Below, piece by piece: positions 13,666 to 24,963 of a DNA stretch of 39,152 bases. The position numbers and the translations under genes were made by a program. The stretch covers positions 1 to 39,152 of the forward strand of contig JTLS01000037.1 of the NCBI GenBank assembly GCA_000826855.1. The letters run 5' to 3'. The notes under the pieces were generated by a model, which had not been told where the DNA came from, searched no databases, and saw only the letters and a program-made list of their open reading frames with translations. This stretch comes from Basidioascus undulatus (Eukaryota). The stretch's first letter is position 1, and each line of letters starts with the position of its first letter.

Positions 13666-16600
13666 ATGGACCGGAAGGCCGACGACGAGTATTATGAGGA
13701 CGCGAAGGACCTTCACAGCGTCACCAGCCCGGCAGCGCCAGCGGTGCCACAGGCCCCCATCGATATTGACGATGAAATTGCACAGTACGACAAGGAGGGC
13801 CAGGGCTTGGGTAAGCAGTGACTTTTATCCCTGCATCACCGCCGAGCTGTGACTGATCTTCTCTCGTAATGCAGTGGTGGACGAGGAGACCAGCAGGGTA
13901 AGCCACTCTTCCGGACTGTCATGATGAAAGCGCGGGCTCACCTTGCTGGACTTGAAATGCAGCGGCTTCGCAAGATGATCGATAAGCGTGTTCTGGTCAT
14001 CATGGTGGGAACGGATCGTTCACGCTCGCTTGATGGTAGTACGCGAAGTTGACTCCACTGAGGGCGACAGGTTGGAACGTATCTGTGCCAGTCCATGGAC
14101 AAGAACCTGATATCGCTTTCTGGAGGTGTGTTCTTATTATTGAGACAACCTCCCACCTCGCACCGTTTACAGTTGACTCACGAAGGCTTGCTCCGCCACC
14201 TCCAGTCATGGGCATCAAGACGGACAACAATCTTCAGGGACAGGAGTTCAGCTGGCTCACGACTATAGTCTGTGTGTGGAAACATTCACTTCCTCTCGTC
14301 GGGATCATGCTTAACAAGAGGAACAGACTTGGGTATCCTCGTTTTCGAGTTCCCGACCAACTACGCCCTGCAGCGGTTCCCGATGGCGAAGTACATCGCA
14401 TTCTGCATCTTTGGGTGGGGTACAGTGATTGTGAGCACAATTGCACCTAGATGGGCACGAACTTTCAAACCATGACTCCTTCCTCATGTAGTGCTGCACT
14501 GGTATGTCGGTTTGAGGTGAAGGAGAAGAGATGGAAGGACTTAGTGTTGACTCCCGAACAGCCGCATGCAGCAACTTCGTGCGTATCAAAGCTTTGCTAG
14601 ACTCCTACTAGGTATGATACCTTCATGAACGACTTACATCTCTCTCTCTCAGGCCGGCTTGATGACTGTCCGCTTTCTACTCGGAGCGTTGGAATGTGTC
14701 TGCCAAGTGCGTCTTCTCCGACATTGAATGACCAGGCGTACCGTCGCTGACCTTATTCCTGCAGCCTGCTTTTACTTTACTGTAAGCTGTAGAGCTCTTG
14801 AGATTGACCTTTAAATGTAGTCTGAGCAGAAGGTTCTTTTTCAGTTCTGCCATGTGGTACAAGCGTGAAGAGCAGACGCGTACCATCAGTCTTTGGGTGC
14901 GCCTCAATTCCGGTTTCAACACCATCACAGTCCATCTTCTAAAGAAATTTAATTTCCCAGTACTGCATGAACGGTCTTCAGCAGATGGTTGGCGGCGTCA
15001 TTGCTTAGTCGGTCTTGCTGCTCTCGGTCGAACATGCTCTGCCCGCTCATTCATCTCCGCAACAACAGCGGCGTGCAGCATATTGGACGCGACGGCGCGC
15101 TGTAAGCTAATCGTGTTTTTTGAGGGCGGAAAGTGCACTATGCTGACTGTTGCACCATGTCTTGAAGCAAACCGTGGCAAGCTCTGTAAGTGTCTTTCGA
15201 AGACATGCAGACAGAGTGCTCACTTCCATTGTTAACAGGTTCTTGATCCTGGGTTTTGTTACCGTCATTTGGGCTATATTTGTCCTGTACTGGCTCCCTG
15301 ATTCGTAGGTTCCGACGCAGTCTAGTCAATTTCACGTCCGGCCTGACTTGGTGTCATAGCCCCATGCGCGCCAAGTGCTTCTCGCACGAGGACAAGGTAT
15401 GCATAAACGCACTCGCAACAAGTTGCAATTACTTATCTGAAGCAAAAACCTCCCTCTCGCATCGCACAGGTCTTGATGGTTGAACGTGTGAAAGGCAACC
15501 AGGTATCTCCTGCAATCCCTCGCGACGTGTCGCAGTCCGTCACTGACAAACCTAACGAACACAAACTAGACCGGCATTCAGAACAAAAAGGCAAGCGACC
15601 ATCACGTCTGTCAGTTTTGCCTTTCACTTACGAACATACTGCTGGAAACAGTTCAAACGAGAGCAGGCGGTCGAAGCCCTTCTCGACCCAATCAGTACGT
15701 TGCAAGCGGGAGGCTGATGAGCCCAAATGCTGAACGTAATCGTTGGCAGCATGGTGTATCGTGCTTCTGCAGCTCTTGAACACTCTTCCCACTGGAGGAA
15801 TTGGGGCGTACTCTTCGGTCAGTGGACAGCATCACGCAAGCAGGCTGGCCTTCGCTTATGGCCGAGCCCACAGATCTTGATCAACAGCTTCGGCTACACA
15901 ACAGAGCAAACACTGCTCCTCACCATCGGCCAGGGTGCGGTCATCATCGCGGTACTCCTGTCCGCCGCGTGGTTTGCGACGAAGACGAACCAGACGATTC
16001 TTGTCATGATCGTCTACACGTTCCCCAACATCGCGGCCTCAATCGTCTTCATGACCGTGGAGGTGAACAACTCGACGAAGCGGGGCCTGCTCGTGGCTTT
16101 CTACACCTGTGAGTGTCTTCTGAAAACTGTTCGGTAACCCCGATGCTCACCCTTTCCATAGGCATGTTCTTCAATGGCACGTATCGAGGTGATCGTCGCT
16201 GTGCTACTGGGAGGCTTGCTGATGAGGCAATTCCCTTCCAGGAATCGCCGTTCTCATCTTCTCATTGGTTTCTCGTAACGTCGGTATGTAGACATACTGC
16301 CAGAGCGTTACAGCAAGGGTTGACGTCTCCCCCTCTCAGCTGGGCAAACCAAGAAATCGATCGTGTTGACTTGTTCTTTCGTTGCTTGGGTGAGGACTGC
16401 GTCTATCAACCTTTTTGAAATTTTGTGACTGACTGCATATCTGCTACTAGTGCACGGGAAACATGGTACCTTTTTTTTTTTTTTGGCATTCTGACTTGGG
16501 AAGAGCAAGGATTGACGAACATACTTGCTTCTTCAGATTGGACCACAAGTCTTCCAAGCCAAATGGGAACCCCACAGCTATTATCCTACCTGGATTATTC

Positions 16601-17032
16601 ACCTTATTTGCTACTGCTGTCAAATAGTGCGGGCTCACGTCAAAACCATTTATATGTTTGAGACTGACTCGACCTACCATTTTGAGGGTGTACTGGTTGT
16701 CCTCCGTGTTTACCTCATGCGCCAAAAGTAAGCGGGTAACTGTTGTCCGTATAATGTGCAGTATCACTGACGATGGTCGAAACAGCGCTCTCAAGGTGCG
16801 CAATTTCAGGTAAAGTATCATGACTGCATGAAGTACAGATACACCGCTTCACAGCGGCGGGCAAGCGACAAAGGCGACGGAGCGGTCGACGAGGAAGAGA
16901 AGGTCTCTGAGGAGTTCGCGTTCGCCGACCTCACTGACAAGCAAAACCCCCATTTCCGGTGCGTATTTCATGCTATACGCCGTTGTACAGAAGAGCAGAT
17001 GACTAGAATGAATCTGCAGGTACCAATACTGA
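13666..17032 (+). CDS. MFS transporter, anion:cation symporter (Dal5/allantoate permease-like) family
   Basis: RLRKMIDKRVL...QSMDK...MGIKTDNNLQGQEFSWLTTIVYLGILVFEFPTNYALQRFPMAKY...RFLLGALEC...MWYKREEQTRTISLW...ERVKGNQTGIQNKKFKREQAVEALLDP...GPQVF...AFADLTDKQNPHFRYQY*. Very many short exons. Confidence 0.92.
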
Positions 17033-17577
17033 TTATGTCGACTGTTCGTCTTGGGTCTTGCGTTCCTTTCGCGATTCTTTCGAGGACTGGCAATTTGGAC
17101 TGTGAACGTGTGCGAAAGCGGTGTGATTGACTGGCCCTGATATGTGCTGCCGGTGTCGCCAATTCTAAGTGATGGCTTAGTTGTATGTCTCCGTGCGCAG
17201 TGTGGTGGAAGGCCCACTGCACACGAGAGTCGCAAGAAATCCGTCTAAGCGTGAATTGCGCACAGTGCAAGTCTCTAGCTACAAGAAAACTACTCAAGGC
17301 AAACCCATCAAGGGTATAAGGCATGCAAGGGAATCAACACATCGACCCTCGCCCACTGCCCTGCAAGCCTCATCCGTCTCGGTTGACACCAGGTCGGCCG
17401 GTCAGAACAAAGCCGCTGCAGTTCAACGGGAAAGAATCGAGACGTGCGCGCGGCGCTGAAAAGGTGTGAAGCGAATAAAAAAGGCAAAGAGGAATAAGAG
17501 TGCCGTCTAGGCTAGCTTAGACCGGAGGTGGAGATGCAGGTAACCGAGAGGGGAATGTCAGAAAAGAAGGGAAGCCC

Positions 17578-19102
17578 TTAAGCCCAGGTCCACTCGACGT
17601 TCTGGATGCCCTTGCCGAGGCCGGAGGGGACCAGAGCCTGGAAGAGGCCGGGAGTGAGGTCGAGCCTGCGTGGTCGGAGAGGTGAGTGAGTAGAGAACAT
17701 CGGGAAGTTGACTGTGGTTGTTTTCTTACCCGCCCCAGCCACAACCAGGGCAAGCGTCCGCAACGCGAGCCGTCTGCTTGGCCCCGCTGTCGGGATTGGT
17801 GATGACGATGTTCTTGTTGCTGTGGAGAAATGGAGGATGAGACGGTGTGCGGACGATTATTTCAAATCAGCGCGTACCAGCTGCCGTCGAACTGCGCCGT
17901 GTTCATCTAAAAGAACTCAATGTCAGAATTATGATATTCAGATTAAAAAGCACGATGTGACGAACCGCGACGGTGAAGTCAGAGTCCGAGAGCCAGCCGC
18001 CACAAGCGCCCTGGTTGCCAGTTTGGGTCTATGTATCGTAACCAGGATGAGTGAGCTTCGCTTACAATGGAGTGCCTCGCCCAGGTCTGTAAGGGACGTA
18101 CGTAGTAGAAAGTGGCAGTGCCGGAGAACTGCTCGCTAGACTGGTCAGCAGCCTCGACGGCGGGCGTCGCCGCGGCCCGCTCGGTTGACGAGCTAGTGGT
18201 AGGCTCCGGCTGCTCGGTAGAAGAAGTCGTGGTCGGAGCGGACTGCTCGGTGGAAGAGGTGGAGGTCGGAGCCGGCTGCTCGGTGGAAAAGGTGGTGGTC
18301 GGCGCGGCGGAAGACGAGGAAGAAGCGGGCTGCTCCGAGTAAGAGCTGCCGGACGTCTCCTGGGCGGAGGTGCTGGCGCTCGCGGTGGAAGACTCCGCAG
18401 AGGCAGTGCTGGTGGTGGTAGCGGTGGGCGCAGCGGAGGAAGAGGTGAACGAAGAGGCAGAGGCGGTCCAGGAAGACGAAGTCTCGTAGCTGTAACTGCA
18501 CTCCGTCAGCCGTGGAGACACTAAAATGCTGTAGGATAATATGACGCACTAAACGTACTCGGTGTCCTTCTCGTCGCAGTCCTCCTCTTCGTAGAGCTCA
18601 GCCTGGGTCGCAGACGGGGCCGCGGAGGCCGAAGTGACGGTCTCAGACGAGGTGGAAGGAGTCCAGCTCGGGGTCTCGGAAGTCACCGTCTCGGAGGCAA
18701 GGGTGTAGGTGACCGTAAGCTGGTTCAGGACCGTCTTGCACTCAGGCTTGAAGTCCTGCTCGAACGTCTGAGAGGCGAGAAGGGGCTGGCAGCAGTACTC
18801 GTAGAAGTAGGTGCCGTTTTGGCCAGCGCCTGAGGGAACGAAGAGATTCAGCATTCCACAGGCAGTGAAAGCGATGCGGCCGATGACTTACAGCCGAGGG
18901 TGTCAAAGCGCGACTTGTACTGGTCGTACGGTTCAAGGCCCTCTGTGAACAGTACCCATGAGCGGGGGCCCAGACACCAACACAAACCAGAAGACGACTT
19001 ACCGTACCACCAGTCGGCAGGGGCGCCGCGGGCGACCCGGATGGGGAGAGCGAGAGAAGAAGCCGCAAGGGCGAGGGTAGCGAGGATGGTGGAAGCCAAC
19101 AT
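17578..19102 (-). CDS. Secreted expansin-/loosenin-like protein: Cys-containing N domain, Ser/Thr-rich linker, C-terminal RlpA-like DPBB domain
   Basis: Signal peptide MLASTILATLALAASSLA; LEPYDQYKSRFDTLGC...YCCQPLLA; long S/T/E linker; FSGTATFYY...GACG...SDSDFTVAV...ARVADACPGC...LDLTPGLFQAL...IQNVEWTWA*. Confidence 0.88.
18177..18308 (-). repeat. Coding 33-nt tandem repeat, about 4 degenerate units (TEQPAPTxTSS)
   Basis: CTGCTCGGT recurs at 18210, 18243 and 18276, with a partial copy near 18179. The period of 33 nt equals 11 aa. Confidence 0.85.
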
Positions 19103-21103
19103 GGTCGATGTCGATGGCTGTGAAAAGAACGACGGAGGCTGTACACAGCAAACCCATCAGCTACGCCCGTTCCCTTCAGCACTTTGTTCAGGCGACGCAC
19201 CTTTGAGAAACGATGGACTAGTATCGGTGCAGATGAACGAGCGACTTTCCCTGAAAGGCTGGAAGGATGCGACTCTTGAGGTCGACCGGCGGAGGAGGAG
19301 GGTGAGGTTGAGGGAGAAAAGAGTGTGAGCAAAAGAGCGAACGAAAGACGCTTTTTGAGGAGCGAGGACGAAAGTGGGAGGAAAGAGGAACAACGGGAGG
19401 CTGAGGTGGGTGATTTTGGGGGACAGCGAAGACTGAGACATGCCCTCGATGTGCTGTGCGATCGGCCTCCACGGCGGAGGCCCAGGTCCCGATACCCATC
19501 AAGGCTGGGCATCCGACGGCTTTGGCCTTTGTGCATCTGGGTCCTCTGAAAAAGAACCACAAATTTATAAAGCGCTCGCAAAAGGAAGTTACGGCCTTTT
19601 CTATTGGACGGACAACATCGGGTACTGGCGAAGCGCTTATCGACTGCGGGAGGAACACGGGAGAAACGCGGCTGGGACCTGATCGAAAAGCGGATCATGA
19701 AAGCCTCGTGTCCAGTGGAGCTGCCTTGAGCTGCCTGTCCGCACGAAGATCTGCGTAGATATGGGCGGAGGCTGTCGGCCCCCGCCGCTCACACACAGCT
19801 TGTCAAAGGTCGAGTCTGTGGCTGCTTCACAGCTTGTCACGGCTGACGTCCACATCGACCGACATGTCCACAAAATGCACTGCCACGCTAGAACACGATC
19901 GGTCGTGCCGATTCGGTTGCCGTGGTATACCTAATATATTTAATTTCTTCAACGCCAGCGCCGAGACGACAGCAACGATGTCCGACAACCGGCCAGGAGA
20001 AGTATTCGGGACAAGCTGCCACATGGGACGTTCAGTGCCGATATCATCAATTTTTTTTGCTGTTGTAGTTACCTTGAGTTTGGGTCTAGTTGGGGACATT
20101 GCCTGAGTAGCATTGACACCGGGCATGCTTCGCAAAGGCGGCTGCAGTACGACACTACCACTCTGATTCTGAAGAGGGATCCCGCTGCCCGTTAGCCTAC
20201 ACTTCAGGTGCGCAGAGGATGGCGATCGGAATCACCAGGAACGAGGGGTTCTCGTGAGTGAGGAAACGTCCGGTGTTCGCAACGTTGACGAAGAAAACTT
20301 GCAACACACGTGCGAGGTGGCAAAACAAAAATGGTACGTTGCAGCGGCAGTCTGGAACCTTCTCACCTTTCAATTGTCAGCATACCGAAAGCTCACCGGC
20401 CACACCACACGGTGAAATATTGAGGGTGCGTCGTGAATGGTCGATGCTCATTAGGCTGACACGCCGTACGCGTGAGTTTGTACCGCAAGACTCCCGTACC
20501 GCGTATCCGTTGTGAGTCCATCGGACACGTTGAATGATGCGAAACAATGTACCCAATCCGCGGGAGCTCTGAAAGATGACAGTGATTATTCGAAGTTCCA
20601 CACGTTTGCAGGAGAGATATGTATCAGGCTGCCTAAGCGGTACGGTAGATGCAAGAGCCCATCGTCAACGGGCACACTTCATTGTGACGGAGCTGCACAG
20701 TATTTGCGCCTTCGACTGGAAATGCAAGCCAGTAAACTTATACTTTTCATTCGGCCCTGGCACAGCGTGCTGAGCACGGACTGACGACGGGTTAACCACT
20801 AACAGGGGCACAAATCAAAGCTGCCAAGGAACCGCTCGGAATGGCACCAGGCCGCCAGCGACGACATCCGGCGGACCAGACAAAAAGATTTACTGTCGAC
20901 GGTTGGGAACTATTTTTCAATGTGTATTGAACGGAAAAGAATCAGACGTGTGTTCCCAAACGCAGCCCACAGTTCGCGCCGGACCTTCATCGCCAACATC
21001 TTGCGTATCTCACACGCCCATGACCTGGCAGGCAGACATCGTCCTGCTGAGAGCACATTACTCGATTGGTAAATCTACTAAAAAGGTAGAAGTGGTAACT
21101 GCG

Positions 21104-24100
21104 TCACTGGAAGAGGAAGTGCCAAATACGGCGCCACAAAGGACGAGCACGCAGCCGAGCACGCTCAGCGTTGAGCGTCTCCGCGGATTCCCAGCACCTG
21201 TAAAGATCGATGCGTGTTTATAACACATGGAGGAAAGTCTCTTCTAATATGGGCACAAACTTACTTGCGGCCGGTATCGAGGTCGATGTCCTGCGGAGTG
21301 ATACGGCTCATGAGCATGCTTGTCAAAATTTGGTCCTCTTCACACGTACCATGGCCCTGTGAGGGGTCGTGCGTTTCCACGCATAGCCTGTGGAGGAAGC
21401 CGAATAAGGCTTGGCAGATTATTCTAGCGACCAGCAACACTTACCGACGATGTAGAACGCGATAACAATCGGCGCTGCGAGGTACTTCTGGAAGAAGCCG
21501 CTGGCGCGTTCGCTCGGGCTGCTGGCGCCACCGATAGGCCCTAACATGGGACCTTCATCAGCTGCGGAGACAGGTAAAGCAAGGGAGGGGATTAGAGTAC
21601 TCACAAACCGCAACCTGGATGACGGGTAACAGTCAGATTAGTACAACAAAAAGTCCCAGATGCGCAGGTGCCCTTACGTAGAACTGCGCGGTCTGAAGAG
21701 GGCATTCTGAATCAGCGCCAGCCCAGAATAGAAAAAAAAACGCCCCGAGTTTACGCACTAGCACAAGAACTATGAGGATGAACCCGATCCAAGAGCCCCA
21801 CACACCGAGGAAGGCCTTGAAAGGCAGCTCGTCCGTCGAGTGGCCCTGTACTTGCCAAGCGCGACGGAAACGGATGCTGAAGAACAATGGGATGACCCTC
21901 AGGAGTGTAACATTAAACTTCGGTTAGAAGACGTACTGGCACAAGAGAATGCTCCCCTGTTCAGACCAAACTCCTCAACATTAGTCCCCTTCCCGAAGAC
22001 AGACGACTGTGCGAGGAAGACGCACCCATGTGAAGAGCGTCGCAAGTCCCGAAATAGCCAAAAGCCAGTTGAAAACTTCACCCTGCACCTCTTGACCTGT
22101 TCCAGAGACAGTCATGAGCCAGCGCAGATGCGAAAGCGACAATCGGCGCGTGGGGTATGGGCGTACTGGCAGCACCAACAAAAGCTGGAAGTTGCGCAGT
22201 TTTCAGTCCCTTTTCTCCTTTAAACAGGCTAGTTGAAGCTCGCACCAATCGGTCCGAACAGAAGAAGCGCGATCACCGAGTAGAGAGGGCGACCGGACTT
22301 GTCCACGTAGGTGAACACCCGCGGCGCATACCCGGTCTCGGCGAGGGATGTGAGCACACGAGAACCACCTGCATCTCACTAGCTGTAAGAATTTCGTCGA
22401 CACTTCCCCAGCAGGATTCAACACCTACCGTACACGCATGACAGCCCGATTGAAAGAACCGAGATCTGCGGAGAACACGAGGTTCAGTCAAGGCGCACTA
22501 AGAGGCAGTTTACCCGACTCACGCAGATCGTTGCATTGACAAGGTGCGGCAACCCAGGAACGCCAGCACGGTCCATGACGATGACGAAGGGCGAGGTATT
22601 GGCATCGTAGTCGCTGTTGCCGCCGAGGAGGCGCTCGTCGTTCCACGGCACCAGGAGGCCGATGATCGTCAGGGAGACGATGTATATGACCGTGATGCGC
22701 CAGAACGTGTTCTTGATGGCCGAGGGCATCGTCCTGCGAGGGTTAGTCGTTTCCGACGCGGCAAGACCGACGAGCTCGGTGCCTTGAAGTACGTGGTCAG
22801 ATCGAGGCTGAGCGCTGATCCGCAGTCCAAAATAAGGAGTAGCTTACCGGCAAATGAAAAGGCTGCCGTGACGAAGACGGAGCAAACGCCCTTGAAGCCG
22901 TTGGCAAACATGCCAGGGTCATGCCAGTAGCGACCGCTGCGTGATTCAAGTTCTCGGTTGGTATAGGAGATGGCGTCCTTCGAGAGTGAACCATGAACCA
23001 CTCACCCAACGTAGCTGCTATAGTCGCCCCCGGACGGACCCCCGCCACAGTTACACACGATCCCAATGAAAATGAACTATTCTGACAGTCAGTAAGCTGA
23101 AATTCGCAATACTTTATTGCACCCTGTAAACGCACCATGACCACAACGAGGAGCTTGAGGCACGATGACCAGAATTCCTCCTCGGCGTACCCGAGCGTGC
23201 CGAACTGGGCGCAGCCTGTGATGGTCAACAACAATTTCAAGAGCTCCACGGGCAGCATGTCGAACATACGAGGTTGATGACTGTTTACAAACAACACCAT
23301 TGTTAACTTCTCAATCTCTTCTTTTCCAGCAACCCCGCAGTCTCACAGATGATTGCAAACCAGAATATCGCAACCCAGCCCTGTTTAAGCCCTGTCAGCA
23401 TGTCGCTGCAAAGCTGGAGGTCACCACATACAGCAATAGGCACGGCGTCAGTCCAGTCTGCCAAGAAAAATATGGTAAGGACCGATCGCGCGCTCAGTAG
23501 TGGCCACTACGAGTAGAAGGAGATGCGCACATTGAACGACGAAGCCTGCAGCGGTGATTTCAAGAGGCAACGTCACTGCCCACTGCAGGACGTAGTTCCA
23601 ACTGTTTTTCCGATCCCAACTGTTAAGAATGTTTCTAGGTCAAGCGAGGTAAAGCAACGCACCCCATGGCGAACGCCCACGACGGATCAAGAAAGCGGCT
23701 GGTGAGTTGGTAGAAACCGCCTGCGAAACATTTCCCCGTTAAGGTTGAGGAAACTACGTTTTCATGCCCCCAAACAGCTTTACCGGAAACCGGGTACATG
23801 ATCGCCATCTAACCTTCTGATATCAACGCTGGTTTTGAGCACAGAGCGCTCCAAGATGCGACGCACCTCGCCGATTGCCTGGCACGTGCAGAGAAGCATG
23901 AAGCCCATGATGATCCAGCCAAGCAAGATGCCGAGTGGGCCACCCGTATTCAACGCGCCGCCAGACCCGATGAAGAGACCTGGATGAAGGTGAGAAAGAG
24001 GAAGGCGTCAACGTGCCGAGCTCATTTTCCTTCACCGCGAGAACACCTGTCATGGAGGGGTCCGGCCGACTTGCCTGTTCCAATTGAGCCACCCACTGCG

Positions 24101-24507
24101 ATCATCTGGAGATGACTATGAATACAGAAACGAGCACGAGTGCGGCGTGAGCTGACGGACGCTTGGTGAAGGAGGCAGGAGGGGGGAGATGGAACGCACC
24201 GCGGCTTCATCTTCTGCTGCAGCATCGGGTTGTCCGCCCGGGCGAGCGCAATCTCCTCGTCCGTTGCCCCCTCCTTGTATGTAACAAGACCACTAATTGC
24301 CTCTTGTCAGTCAGGGGGGCTGAAGCACATTCAACGCGAGCGAGGAGCGTACCCGGTCGTGCCGGGTGCCCGCTTGAAAGACTCCGCAGTGAGACCGAGC
24401 CTCGTAAGCAGGCTCTCCTTCGATGTATCATAAAGCGGGGGGGCCTCGCCGACATATGTCGACGTGCCGTCGGCGTAGGCCGTCGACTTCTTCTCGACGT
24501 CGCCCAT
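21104..24507 (-). CDS. Amino-acid permease (APC superfamily, YAT/Gap1-like), copy 1
   Basis: MGDVEKK...[28 protein letters not shown]...GEMAIMYPVSGGF...FLDPSWAFAMGWNY...GYAEEEFW...FKGVCSVFVTAAFSFAGTELVGLAASETTNPR...IDLDTGRKCWESAETLNAER...WHFLFQ*. Confidence 0.95.
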
Positions 24508-24710
24508 GGCGGCTGGGAGAACGATGGTGGAACGGCAGTGATATGGAACGACGGTACGGCGGGGGCGATCGAAAGGTGAATATCGTGATGGTGTGAGCAG
24601 AAGGGGGGAACATAAGGCGCAGGATGAGCTTGATGAGCTCTTCTGATATACTTTGCGGGCGGACACTCCCATCTGAGCAGAACGGCCCAACGGGCTCGCA
24701 GTAACCAGGT

Positions 24711-24963
24711 GATAAGGACGACAGGTGACATCAGCCACGTGCACATCCCTTCACGCCGTGACAGGTTGCATAACCATCACACGACTCGCGAAGAAAGAGC
24801 GAAGCGAGAAGACGGACCAGCAGATAAGGAGGCCAGGGGTTCCGAGGTGTACTGGAGCTCAAGAATAGCCACAGCCGAGCTGTGCGCCTGTATTCTTGCG
24901 TCATTCCCGCTGCACGGCGTGCGCGCCAATTAAACAAGCTGTTGGCCGTCGGCGCATTTATCT
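24711..24963. promoter_or_regulatory. Cluster of GATAA(G) motifs upstream of permease copy 1 (candidate nitrogen-regulated GATA-factor sites)
   Basis: GATAAG at 24711 and 24823, TTATC at 24958, all 200-460 bp upstream of the ATG. The motifs are short and function is inferred. Confidence 0.4.

Noticed and set aside
16471..16484. T14 homopolymer in the MFS gene
   Set aside because: It is intronic, with no flanking target-site duplication or retroelement features.
18742..19698. 318-aa minus-strand ORF
   Set aside because: It runs through the promoter, 5' UTR and introns of the expansin-like gene, has no family motif, and is not in the signal-peptide frame.
19700..21050. Short ORFs between the expansin-like gene and permease 1
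   Set aside because: No coding bias, consistent splice pattern or recognisable motif; treated as intergenic.
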